Below are positions 50,806-63,328 of a DNA stretch of 64,000 nucleotides, piece by piece (position 1 is the first letter of the stretch; each line of letters starts with the position of its first letter). The position numbers and the translations under genes are program-made. The stretch lies in NCBI GenBank assembly GCA_032718475.1, contig JAUCBJ010000373.1, forward strand, positions 1-64,000, read 5' to 3'. Under the pieces are notes generated by a model. The model was not told where the DNA came from. It ran no database searches and was given only the letters and a program-made list of their open reading frames with translations. The DNA is from Nemertoderma westbladi (taxonomy: Eukaryota > Animalia > Xenacoelomorpha).

Positions 50806-51786
50806 CTACGTCGGGGTGGCTTTCCGTTTCATCCCGCTATGTCTCTGTCTATCTCTTCCCTTATGGGCCGCCGTTTCATAGGTAGAAACCAGCAGCCCTT
50901 CCCCCGCGAGAACTTTAAGTAGCTGCACAATAAATGGCAGGTAGTTGTGTTTCCTACGGACAGTCTCTCCCTTGTAACGCCTCCGTTTCTCCTCCTCCTC
51001 CCTAACTAACTCTTCCAACTCTCTCTTCCGCACCTCCCCAACGTCTCCCAACAGCTCCTCGTTGTATTTACTCAACCTATCAGTAACAACAGCGAGCAGA
51101 TTGAACCTTATCTCGCTACTCGTGTACGACTTCATCCGTGTCTCTATGACCTCCCGCGCCCGGTCCATCCAACCAGCGTCCCCGTACTCCCCGTGGTCTA
51201 CCGGGGTCGTCTGCAATCCGTCCAGCTCGTAAACCCGCCCGTCTATAGGAACAAACCCGACGAAATGGAAGGAGTCTTCCTCCTCTAATCCTCGCTTATC
51301 CTCCAACTCGAACATTGTTTGTCGCGCGAAACTGTTGTGAACGTTTCTCACGCTACTGCAGTTACTCAATGCGAGACCGCGGGTGACGCAGTCGAAACTG
51401 CCGCTGAACTCCTTAAAGTTGCGGAGTTGGTCCCCCAGAAGGACACCCTTGTGGTCCAAGTTGAGGAGAATGTTTATCATTGCGATGGTCGCGCAAGCAT
51501 TCGTGATTACTTGCCGCGCGAAGTATATATTACAGTATTTAGCGTCTAAATCCCCAAGTGCCATCTCTGTTGGTTCAGGCTTGGTCTCCTTCTTACCCTC
51601 CGATTTCTCTACTTTAAAGAGGAAGACCAGCCCCAATATGGGGTCTAAGTGTTTAATGGAAGATTCATCGAGTGTGTAAAGCTCTTCGACTTGAACCCCG
51701 ACCACTCCGAATCCTGTAATAAGTTCGGTAAACACACCCGGGTCGCTCTCGATTAAACACCAATCGCCGGCACTATTAGAGGCCAT
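50806..51786 (-). CDS. UCHL5: Ubiquitin C-terminal hydrolase L5 (UCH37), 326 aa, single ORF
   Basis: WCLIESDPGVFTELI, catalytic Q..NAC, FHF, YELDGL, EIRFNLLAVV, and ULD motif RRKHNYLPFIVQLLKVLA. Confidence 0.96.
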   Translation of the reverse strand: MASNSAGDWCLIESDPGVFTELITGFGVVGVQVEELYTLDESSIKHLDPILGLVFLFKVEKSEGKKETKPEPTEMALGDLDAKYCNIYFARQVITNACATIAMINILLNLDHKGVLLGDQLRNFKEFSGSFDCVTRGLALSNCSSVRNVHNSFARQTMFELEDKRGLEEEDSFHFVGFVPIDGRVYELDGLQTTPVDHGEYGDAGWMDRAREVIETRMKSYTSSEIRFNLLAVVTDRLSKYNEELLGDVGEVRKRELEELVREEEEKRRRYKGETVRRKHNYLPFIVQLLKVLAGEGLLVSTYETAAHKGRDRQRHSGMKRKATPT

Positions 51787-52675
51787 CGTCTAGCACTTAA
51801 CTGTGTTGTACCGGTAGTTTAAATTCTTTACCTCAGAGAATAAGTCCAGCATTAATGAAAGGAAGGGACAAAATAAATTACAAACTTACCTACTGTTGGA
51901 AGTGCCTACCGTTGGAATTGGAATTATTTATTTGACAAACTAAGTAATATATACAAACATATATAGATATATCGTCCCTTTCATTTTGAAATCACCTACC
52001 GGTACGCCAAATGTGGCATTTTCCACAAAACAACATTATTCATTTTAATTTCGTTTTGGAGTAAAATTAAATGGGTTTTGACATACCGGTATTGTTACTG
52101 TATTGGTATTGGCTGATTGGTTTGGTACCGGTATTGGTAATCTTACTTGTTATGAAATAAAAAAAAAAGACATTGTGTTTGAAAATATTCGAATCATGTC
52201 ACATAGGCCTATTACGTAGGAAACTATGTTAGTACAGTAGTAGGTAAATTGCGGACCAGCAAGAAGTGCACTGCACACATGCAGTCAGGTAGGCCTACTT
52301 AAAGCTAAGTTAGCTGCCGCTAACTTTTGTCAAAGGCAGTGATTTTTTATGTCCTTTTATTTGACTTTTTTGTCCTCCTTTTTTTACGAATTGTGCATAA
52401 TGACTTTTGTTGTCCCTTTAATGACTTTTGTTGTCCTTTTAATGACTTTTTATGTATGTATTTCTTCAAACTGTCAGACTGCTGATTTCTGGACTGTCAG
52501 ACAGTTGATTTCAACATGCCTATGCCAAAACATTCAAAATTTGTTGATTTCGGGTCTGTCGGACAGTTGGTTTCACTATGCCTGTGCCAAAACATTCAAA
52601 ATTCCATGATTTATCGACTATGGCAGGGTATAACTTTTCGCCGAATCCGTATCCGTATGCATTCGTCGTATTCGT

Positions 52676-52735
52676 ATGCACATACGCGTATGCACATACG
52701 CGTATGCACATACGCGTATGCACATACGCGTATGT
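52676..52735. repeat. Four 14-bp units, each with the palindrome CATACGCGTATG, inside a possible CAGGG...CCCTG MITE (~52624-52882)
   Basis: Direct reading; no TSD found for the putative MITE. Confidence 0.6.
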
Positions 52736-53049
52736 AATGGATTCCTGTGGAGAATAATCCGTATGTGATTTTATGTAAAGATTAGGCATTGCGGACCAGT
52801 AAGAAGTGCACAGCACACATGCTGACTGAAGACAGGTAATATAGGAAATATAGGTTTTCTTTTTGGAGTTATTACAGCCCTGGTGACTAACTGCGAAAAC
52901 AAAACAGATGAATGCCCTAAAATCGGCTTGCCGCGGACTGAATGTTTTGAAGACAGGTAGGCCTACTTAAAAGCGATATGATTTAAAGAGTGCGGCTGCC
53001 GCTACCTAATGGAAAATAAACATCATAGGTCCAGGATGAGTGACATATG

Positions 53050-54180
53050 ATGTCCTTAATTAACCCCGGGATGCGCCACAGCCATAGTGCTTGTTTTATT
53101 GTACTAACTGACACCTGACCGCCCGGTTGGACTTAGATTAATTACTGGCACCCGGTTGGACTCGCTGACACGTGGTTTGACTAACTGGCACTAGGTTGGA
53201 CTTTGTAAGCGGATTCAATTCCGCCTCATGACCCTCATAAAATGGGATAGTGGCATTTTCAGCAATATGTTGGAGATACGAGATTAGCAATAAATAATCT
53301 CGTATCACAACCAACATCGGGGGACAGTACAAACCCCGAAGCCACACACAAAGGGAGGTTAGAGGTCAAACCACCTCGGAAGGGGACACAGCTAGCAGGG
53401 GCTAGCCACAGGGGGGAAACACTCCCAGAGAGTGCAAAGGCATGAAGTAGGTTATTAGCCAATAGGGGCGAAGGAGAGCATCCACTAGGTAGCAGGCCAA
53501 GGTACTGTAGGAGTGAAGTAATCATATATTATCTCCTACATACCGGTTTACCATTCAGTTACCAATTGTCAGTTTCAGTGCAGACCGGCATTATTGTATT
53601 ACCATCATCACAGTGCTGTCATATGCTGTTATTCAGATTACTATTACCGGTTTATCATTCATACTGTGCTATCATTACGTATTATTATATATCAGAATGA
53701 AGGAACATCAAACTCAAACGTTTTCTCCACACTGCGTACAAACATAACCCAGTCGGGGTCCCTTGATCCCGTCACAGTAAGACAATAGACCAACTGCCAT
53801 CAAACTGTGACTGCAGAGACAGAGAAAGTAGAGAATAAAGATGAGTGATAGAGAGCCCCGAGATCCAGAGGGAGAGAGGACGCCGCCGCGGACCCCGGAC
53901 GACAGCAACCAAACGATCCGTGAGGTCGCGACGAGACGGTATCGACCTGCGACACCGGATTCGCCGACGAGGGACGATCCGGTACCCCAAGCGGAGGGCG
54001 GCCGTCAACCACGAGAGAGGTACGAGTCGACACACGACGGCGGTCGGAGTAGCGAAGTCGCCGGCCAGCCACAGGCCGAGGGCGACGGACGGCCCACCGG
54101 AACGGCGACAGTGGGGCCGCCGGTACAACGCCGAACGAGGAGAGGAGGTGTTCGCGCTTTCAGACCTTTAGCAGTTTAAC
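53050..54180 (+). mobile_element. Possible LTR remnant ending ...GATCCCGTCACA (53779), followed by a truncated gag-like ORF 53841..54179
   Basis: The CA-ending terminus matches, in inverted form, TGTGACGGGATC at 58300. The low-complexity R/P/D-rich ORF begins ~60 bp downstream. The left boundary is a guess. Confidence 0.35.
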
Positions 54181-55199
54181 GTGCCAAATTTGGATGTCTT
54201 CTAGATTGTAAATCGACTTTAGCCTATGACGAGTATTTGATACACTACATTAGCCGAAGCCAGTCTATGCGCGACCATTCACCCGCTGGATATACCCGGG
54301 AGACTGGATTCGGAAGCCTAACCTTATTGCGGTGTAGGCCTACTGTATTATTCGACTGATCGTAATATATAATCTCTGACAAATATTATTCACTTTCGGG
54401 AAATATTAACAGTTCCTTTAGGACGTGGCGCTCTAAATATGTAAACAGAGTTATGACTTACACTAGACACAACGGGATGGCTATGGATTCACGTATATAG
54501 CGCATTCTTTAGGAGATGCTTTGTTATCAGTCACAATCATGTACACTACCGCACAATGCTGCACACCGATCTGCCGACCTTCACTAATTTTAGTCACATA
54601 TAAAGAGAACAACAACCAACTCATGTAGTGCCTATGAAATAGCATTAGATTCACTCCAAAACCACTTTAATTTAAGTCGCAATTGTTATATGTAACCGGT
54701 CTCTCTAACCTTCAGTATATCAAGAAGATTGGGGTTTCTGATTATTGATCAATATTATCCAAATATAATAATATTCCATCAACCGATATAATTAATGACC
54801 GACAGTAAATAGCAGTAAAAATGCGGTGTTTGTAGTTGACAATATGATTAGGTGAGTAGATAACAGATATACGTTTCTATGATTAAGCCTACTAATGTTG
54901 GGCTAAAGCCTGAAACCACAGAGATTCCAAAGCCGGTCTTCTGGGCTCAGGAAAAAATGTAAACATTGACCCATAATGCATTGCGCGATTTCCCGGAGGT
55001 TTCTGTACAAAAAGCAGGAGAATCGCTCTGATTGGTTGACTGAACAAAGAAACAACAGAGAACAAGGAAAAAGCTACACGTGTACAGATCAGCTGTTAGC
55101 TGTCGTCATAGTAACTACACTTTATCAAGAGGATTTAGCGTATTGCGACATAGAATTGCTAGTTATGTCCGCTAAAGTACACATACAGAAGAAATGGCT

Positions 55200-57893
55200 T
55201 TTTATGTCCACTAAAACACCAGTACAGTAAGGAAACGGCTTTTGATGTCCGTTAAACCAACTACAGAGTACTTTGCGGGGAAAATAACCAGCTAATTCCA
55301 CAAAAGCTTTTACACCGCTCCCAGAAAATGGGATTTAATTCTATAAAATATAAAAATCACAGTTTCTAAAATATAAAAATACTCTAAACAGTTAGTCTTT
55401 CTTACGCGGACGGCGATTACGCAGTTTTTTGAGGCTAGCAAGAGTCCTTTTCTCTTTGGGGCGAGCCACTTTACTAGGAGGGCTATAACTCCTGGGTAAA
55501 GGGTGCAATACAATTGCATCGGAAGGTTTAGGGTTACGGTCGATGTCTCGTCCATTTCGATATGCTTCTCCTCGAGCTGATTTTCCTCCGCTTATCGTTG
55601 GATGCGTTCGTCCAAAACTCTTGCAGAGAATAGGGTCGTCCAAGTTCGATATCTTCTTAGAGATTCTGAATTTCCTGATCGAACTGAGATAAAGTTAATT
55701 CGTTTACCGCTTGGACTTGCTGCTGCAATTTACGTTTCTCTAAACAATTGTAGGTTCATTTTCCGATCTTTTGACGAATAGTGTCCAACGCGTTTCGTAC
55801 AACTCTCTCCTCCGCCTCGGTGACAGGTTATATCGGGTTAAACAGGGACGATGATACGGTTGAATGGCGATATTAGATGTCCGCGTCCCAATCCGACTAG
55901 GTAAGATGGGCGAATATTTAGTGAGCCCACAACCGGAGTGCCACCGACTAACTGTTCGGGTAACACTAAATCTTTGAACAGTGAGTACAGTTCGGGAGGA
56001 TCCGTGATACTATTAGGATCAAGAGTCTGAGGTCTAACTAGGGAATAAGGAGGTCTGACCGAGTATCACGGAACTCTGATCATAGGTTTATTTAAGGATC
56101 GTTTGAGTCGAGCGAGCATAGGTTATACATCGAACAAGTTTCGCTCGAAACTCCCGTAAATATAGCGAGTAAAACTGTATTTAAAGCAACGTCTCCGCGG
56201 ATGTTTATGTCTTTCCGTTTGTTGGTTGGGTCTTGGGCATTCATCGCAATAATACCAAAGACGCACGTCTTGTAGGGGAAACGCGGGTGATATTTATTCG
56301 GTTTTACAACGTTTCTCTCAAGAATTCCAAATATACGTTGGAGTTACTGCGTTTATCCGGTTCTTTAACGTCTTCTCTTTCGAGTCGATTTCGAATAGAA
56401 TTTTGCATTCGATTTTCAGTTTATCGTTCCGACTCCGCTGGGTAGGATATTTAAATAGTACCATTTCCCTTTCGGTGTCGACATCGTCCGTATCGTGTAA
56501 ATCGATAGGATGACCAGTAGTTAAGAAGTCCATATACGTACCATTACGATGCGTATAGTGAGCGGTGAATTTTCTATAGTCCAATTCACGCGTAAGTTGC
56601 TCTTGGGACATTAGCGGTTCGATATAACGACCATCGTCCTCCGTAGTAGTTGGACCAGCGTCGCCGCGTATCAAGCTATCAACAAACGCTTGTAAAGGTA
56701 GAGTATATCGCTCCCTGATACCAAGATCATCTTCTATCAACTCAGTCATATCTGCTATATGAGTTTATCAATATTATAATGAGTTTATATTTAGGCTAGC
56801 GGGCGTCGCTGCCTACCCCTCTCGGCCCCCGGACAGCACAAGATCCTCAGCGCTGGTGTACTTTCGCCAATGTGCCTATCGCCAACGTCGTAGCTGCACA
56901 ACGACCACAACAACCAGCGCGAGTCACTCCACCGTCCGTCCCAAAGGCTTAGATTTACTTCAGGTTCTTACTGGAGAGTTAGGGCTACTTTCACAATTGC
57001 GACTCGCTACTGTAAACACACTTTAGTAGTAACATTCACCTATAAACGCACAAATTCCACACAACTGTCACAAATCGCACACATTCGGGCCATTTGTCCG
57101 TTAGTCAGTGCCTTCCAGAATGCCACGTTATTATTGGGTATCCTGGGATACTAGCAGTGTGCTATTTATTCCCTATGCTATTCAATGGGGCAAGCCTTTA
57201 TTGTTCTTTTAACTCACTTCTAATTCTAGCGTGGTTGTTGCCATGGTGCCATTATGGAAAGCTAGCAGTAGAATTAGAGTAATTCTCATGCATACAGATC
57301 TGGGATGCTATTTAATAGTAATTCTTTAATTGTCAATATTTCTCTTTATACATGATTTTATGAATTTTATCGGCTATTGACTATATATTGGAGATTCTCG
57401 CATACTAATATACTTAATAGGGTGAATCTCCGCTCCCATGATCTACTAATTTATGGAATTTTGGGAATGTTATAAATTGTATAAAAATGACAATTTATCA
57501 AATTTATTAAAAGATGAATTTAAATTTATTCCCGTAAATTTTATTATTTAATATTAAATAGACACAATTTTATTCCAGAACATGTCTGGGGACTGGGATC
57601 CTTGATTCTAGGAAATTGATCTTTTTAAGAATATCGGTAAGTGTTACGATATCTTAATAGACTAGAATTTTAAAGGATCTAAAATTTGACAGATTTTGTA
57701 AATATTAATAATTAATATTTAGGATGGGCACCAGTTTATTCCAGAACTTGTCTGGGGACGTTAACCACTGATTCTAGAATTTTGTCTTTCAAGTATATCG
57801 GTGGGTGCTGCGATATCTTAATCGACTAGAATTGCAGATGGTCAAAGGGTTTTACAGATTTATTTTGCGTTATACGCTACTGTTAAAGGGACA
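55200..57893 (-). mobile_element. Degenerate LTR-retrotransposon 5' part: candidate ~800-bp LTR (57095-57893), PBS-like site and decayed ORF
   Basis: TGTCC...GGACA termini. On the - strand, ACA-AA-TGGCCCG follows the LTR end. Broken ORFs include 56318..56749. There is an internal ~160-bp duplication in the LTR. Confidence 0.4.
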
Positions 57894-58299
57894 TCACGCT
57901 ACTATATGTATTATTTAATATACGGTATGAGAGCAATATCGCACGAAGCAATGTCAGTGAGAAGAGGCAAGTCATTTCCAAGGTCTACCCAGAGCTTGGT
58001 TTAGCCAAGACACGAGGATCTGAATTTTACATTCCTAATACTCTACTTTACCAATAATACTTGAATATAGTAGGAGCTTTATTGTACTTTAATAAGTACG
58101 GATATTTCATCTTACTGTAGTTACGTATTTGTAATGTAATACGGACAGTAAGGAAAGAGAAAAAGAATTATTTCTCGCCATTGCACTAAATATATAATAT
58201 ATAAGTAATTAAGTAATAAACGCGAATATATATTGCACTAATCTACTAAATAATCGCTAAAATAACATTCTACTAAATAAAATTAAAGAAAACGATTAT

Positions 58300-61200
58300 T
58301 GTGACGGGATCCAAGAAGGATCCCGGTTTATCCGGTTTGTCAATTCACGCGTCCCCGCCGTGTGTGGAAGATAAAAGAGTTTACGTTGTTCGTTGTATAT
58401 AATGTTCGGGATATGTATAGTATAGATATAGATAATGGATAAGATAAATATTGTTGTACGCGGAAGGCGGGAAACGGTAATTGAAATCCCGGTACTTCCC
58501 TAGCTAAACTACTGCTACTGTAACACCAATAACACTGAGATAACTGAATGAGATAACTGACGTTTTCTTGCTGCGCAAACCACTTCGTTCGAAGTTGTAG
58601 CGTGGGCAGATAATGTTTTTCGAAATGGTCAGCGAAACGACGGGATAACAACTGCATAAGTTGCCAAGTTTGCCGGCAGTATTCGTCTCCGTCTGTGATT
58701 TCCGATTGTGGGAGCATGGCTACAGGTTTCTTCAGTAGGAAGTGCGCGGGTGTTAGCGCTTCTAGGGAATCGGGACTCGATGAGACTGGCATAAGCGGTC
58801 TCTCGTTGAGATAGGCAGCTATTTCCTCCATTAACGTCCGCAAAAGTTCGTCGGTGAGATACGCGCGGCATGGCAACAGGAAATACTTATCGGAATCCTC
58901 ATAACATTGTAGGAGTCTCAGCATCTGTTTGTTGGTTTCCTCATGCTCCTGGTAACTGATCTTCTCCTTTAGAAACCTGTCGGATATCTTGTATTGGGGA
59001 AGGTCTTTAACAACATGGACTCGTGCAGATGTTGATGGAGCATCATCACTATTGGTCTTTGTCCCGGAGTAATGATGATGAAAACATCGTTTTAAATAGG
59101 TGACGGCTTTACAGAGCCGATTCCAGGAACTGTAGTGACGTATCGCTCTCTGCAAGAGAGGTGAGAGTCCTTGCGCGATATCTGGTATTCCAGATTTCCA
59201 ATCCTTGTCACGGATTTCCAAGACTTCTTTAGTCGTGGCGGTGGGTTTCTGATCCAAAGCATCCTCTCCGGAAGTAAATAATACAGATAGATCAACTGCA
59301 GGTTTAAACAACTTCGATTTACTCGCTCGAGTTTTGGGTTTAACTTTCTCCGCTCCCTTGGCCTGTCTGATCTCTGCTGTTGTGAGATGGGGAGGCCATT
59401 CTTCTTCTTCTCTGTAGAGAAAGTCGGGTCCTCCTAACCATTCGGGAGTATTTACCAATTCCTTTGGAGTCGCTCCTCGGGACGCGATGTCTGCTGGATT
59501 AATCATTCCGGGGCAATGTCTCCATTGGTCCATCTTCGTGCGACTAAGTATGATGGCTACCCTGTTGGTAACGAAGACGCTGAACTGACAGACTTCATTG
59601 GTTATATACTCTAACACGAGTAAAGCGTCGGTCCAATAGACAGTTTTCTCTAATGGATAGTCAATCTGTTCGGTTACATTCCGGCCGATGGCTGTAGCGT
59701 ATAGAGCCGCTTTTAACGCTTTAACGCTTTTAGCCGCTTAAGCTGCTTTCGAGGAACTTTCAACTTGTTGTTGATTAATGCCTTAGAAGTAACCAGGGCG
59801 ACTTTGATTCCATCCGGAGTTTCCACCCTTAGATAGGCTACTATACCTATTCCCATATCGCTGGCGTCTCCAAACACATGGAGTTGATAGGAATACGTAG
59901 GGAGAACATGACCAAAATATGAACGGGAAATTATAAAATCCTCGATAGCTGGCAGAGAATCTTCCCATTTCATCCACTTCTTCAATAATTCTCCCTTAAG
60001 TGGATCGTCCCATGAGTGGTTTTCAAGCCACATTTGTTGTACCAAACTACGAGCAATCAATATAACTGGGCTAATAAATCCCAATGGATCGAAATAAGTG
60101 CTCAGTATACTTAAGCAAATCCGTTTGGTTCGAACTGGATTATCTCGCTGTTTTAGCTGGAAAAACAGGATATCTCGCTCTGTGTCCCATTTCAAACCGA
60201 GTGTCTTGGTTTCTGGAAGATCATCTTTGATTAGGTCTAGGTCTTTTGCTCCTCGATCTTCTACCGGGATCGATTCCAGAAACTCACGGGAGTTGCTGGT
60301 GAATTTAGTTAATCGAAATCCACCTCTTTTTAAGCACTCTACTGTTCCTTTGGCGACATCAATGGCTTCTTCGACTGATGGAAGGGACTTTAAATTGTCG
60401 TCCATGTATATATCCCGTTTGATGTTGTCGATCACCTCTTCAGAGAAGGCGTCCCGGTTGTCATCAGCAGTGGTACGCACCACTGAGCAGGCGTTTGAAG
60501 GGCTTGAGATTATCCCAAAAGCCTGGATGGTCATCCAATACTCCACCGGTTTCTGGTTGAGGTCTCCTTCAGGCCACCACAGAAATCGTAGGCTATCTCG
60601 ATCCCTATCCAGCGCCTTGACTTGTAAGAACATGCCTTCTATATCGGAGGCGAAAGCGATTGAATATTGTCGTAATCTTAAGAGTATTCCCAACAAGGAT
60701 TGGAGTAAGTTGGGTCCTGGTAACAACTCGGAATTAAGGGATTGGCCCATGTAGAGGGCGGAGCCGTCAAATACTACTCGTACCTCATGAGGTTTACCGG
60801 GTTTGGGAACGTAATGATGTGTTAAATAATACGTTCTCTCAGTTATAGGTGTTTCTTCCGGTACTCGCTCACCCTTTGTTAATAAATTTCTTCAACTGCG
60901 TCTGATACATTTCTTTAGCTGAAGAGTTTGCCGTAAGGCGTCGATGTAGTTGAGCAATTCTTTTCTCCGCCAAGGGTCTGTTGTATATGAACTTTGGTTC
61001 TCGCTTTCGGAAAGGTAGACCGATTTCATATCTACCTTGATCTTTAAGAAAACGTGTAGTTGTCTCTTGGATCTGCTTGGCTCTTTCTTCTTCTACCGAT
61101 AGGGCCTTATCGTAGGAATTGGGCTCTACAGCCTCTTGAGTAAAGAATCGTACGGCGTGTTCATCCCGAGTTTTGGCATTATAACGTTCAATGACGTCAT

Positions 61201-62700
61201 TCAGTTCGTCGTTATAGTCGACTCGTTCTGATGGACGAATGAGCTGACATAGGTTCACTTGGTTTTGCCAAGTCTCGTTTTCCGTAAGGAGATCAATGGT
61301 ATTCTCCTCGTCGAAGAGTTGGTGGATATCGTCGTTATCTGAGGAGTATGGTGTTCCCTCAGTTGGATCGTCTAACTCACTGCTCTCCACTTCCCATTCT
61401 CTTACTTGATATACCTGATCTTTTGGTAATCTTTCCATGAGAGTTCTACGGGAAGGGCCAGTAAAGTACCAACCCACTCTAGTTCTTCCCGCATAGGCTT
61501 GTAGTGGTTGCAGTTGAGCAGGCCGTTTCTCCAATGTCTCGAGCGCCTCATGCGCATTTTGACCGATGAGTATTTGCACTCCAGGGTAATCGGTATTGAA
61601 TCTAGGTATATCAAGCTGCTGGTTGAAATCGTCCTCATCCCAGTTATAAGGTTCCACTTGGCTGGTAGCGAAGTTCTTTATCGCTACCATTTTTACTGAC
61701 CTTATGCTGTGTTCTCCTAGTTCATCCTGGGGGGTGGACAACGCACCTACATAATAATCCGCTATTACTGTAGATTTCCAAACCTGCTTAATTCCTGACA
61801 TGTTTAACTTAGTTCGGAACTTGGGTTGTCCAGCAAAGATGTCTTCGGCTAGTTCTTTGTCGATGAATGTTCCTGTGCTACCGGAGTCAAGGAGGGCGTT
61901 CACTATATAACTCCTTTCAGGTCCGTGGACCCTTAACTGTACTACAGGAAATTCTCGGATTCCTACATTGGAAGTTGGTGCTTTCCAAGATGGTTGTCGA
62001 TCAGAAGTAGTTAGGGTGAGCTCGCTGTCGGTGTCCTTTTCATACGTAAGTGCTCGATATACTGCGGTATTTATCATGTAACAGGATTCGTCTTCGTCGG
62101 AGAATTCGTCCGTATAGAATCCTTCCATCTCAGAACTTTGGTCAGTGTCGTTCACATCACTGAATTGGACATGTAGTTCGGAATCACTTACCTGACTCGG
62201 GCTGTTTCGCTCGAATTCAATGTGCAACAAGATATGATGTTTCGCACCGCACTTTGTACACCTTGCGTCGGAGTAACAGGTTCGCCGTTGGTGTCCTTGT
62301 CTGAGGCAATTATAACACAACAGCTTATCCCACATGACTTCCCGTCTATCCTTTAATGATTTCTTTAGGAATTCATCACACATATTCAAACGGTGGGGCC
62401 TGTCACACAGCGCACATTTTGGTTTGATGTTACTTACCTTATTTTGAGTAACGTTGTGCACACTCGTTCTTTCTTCGGGCTTTCTTACCTGAATTCTCTT
62501 AGGAGAAGTAGGAGGGGTCTTATAGACCTACGGTGTTGGACTAGCCTAGGGTCTGATACTACTACTGGAGGGATGATCTTTCTTACAGTAGGAGGTGAGT
62601 TGAACTTCGGTCTCACACGTTCCATACTCCTGTCTGGGTCACAGATGGTCGTATCTAGGAGACTGTCTGACAGGTTTTGCTTTGTGTCAGACATGTTTGT
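58300..62700 (-). mobile_element. Decayed BEL/Pao LTR retrotransposon (gag-PR-RT-RNaseH-partial IN)
   Basis: Triple Cys/His knuckle (CALC..H..C, CYNCLRQGH..C, CTKCGAKHHILLH), ALLDSGS protease, SDIEGMFLQV, YMDD, FDPLGFISP, LHVFGDAS, WRHCPG..NPADIASRG, LNERPL, ALTPAHFL and YLPTLQLRTKW. Frameshifts at ~60869 and ~59713; most of the integrase core is deleted. Candidate LTR end at 58300. Confidence 0.93.
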
Positions 62701-63328
62701 TTGTACAGTTGAATGCCTACTGCTATATTACAGTTAAAGCAAGTCTAGTAATTCAGTATCAACTGTTAGCCTAGTAATTAATTACCGATACTGCTACTCA
62801 GTATAGCGTGATATATATATATATAATATATTAGAATACCGGTATGCTTATAGTATATATATAAGTATTATTACAGACTAGATTTGTCACAGAATACCGG
62901 TATGTAATTTCAGCACAAATATATATAAATATATAATAGGCCTATCGTGAATACCGGTATACAGCTTACACTTATAGTATATATAAGTATAATTATGGAC
63001 TAGAATTAATTACAGAATACCGGTATAATTTCGGCCTAAATTTTATGGAAATAAATATAATAAGCCTATTGTAAATACCGGTATGTCAATTATTTTAGAA
63101 TAATTGAATTTCTGAATTTTAGGGGTTACTTGGTTACTTTACTTTACTTGATTACCGTTATTTAAGCAGTAGTCCAACTGACATTAAGACCTAATTGATG
63201 TAAGACAGGCCTACTATTTATAAATCGTTTGAGTTGATTTATAATATATATATACCCGTATAATGGGTTTTGTCAATATTTGAAATAAATGTTATTATTT
63301 CTAGGAAGGAGTCACTGCACAGAAGCTG

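Noticed and set aside
48854-50806. Gly-rich ORFs on the - strand
   Set aside because: Translations of the G-rich minisatellite and the antisense RTE.
52823-52860. Second hammerhead candidate CTGAAGA...GAAA
   Set aside because: Stems I-III cannot be formed.
53756-58320. A single TIR element bounded by GATCCCGTCACA / TGTGACGGGATC
   Set aside because: The TG/CA ends fit better as termini of two separate LTR remnants; no TSD or transposase was found.
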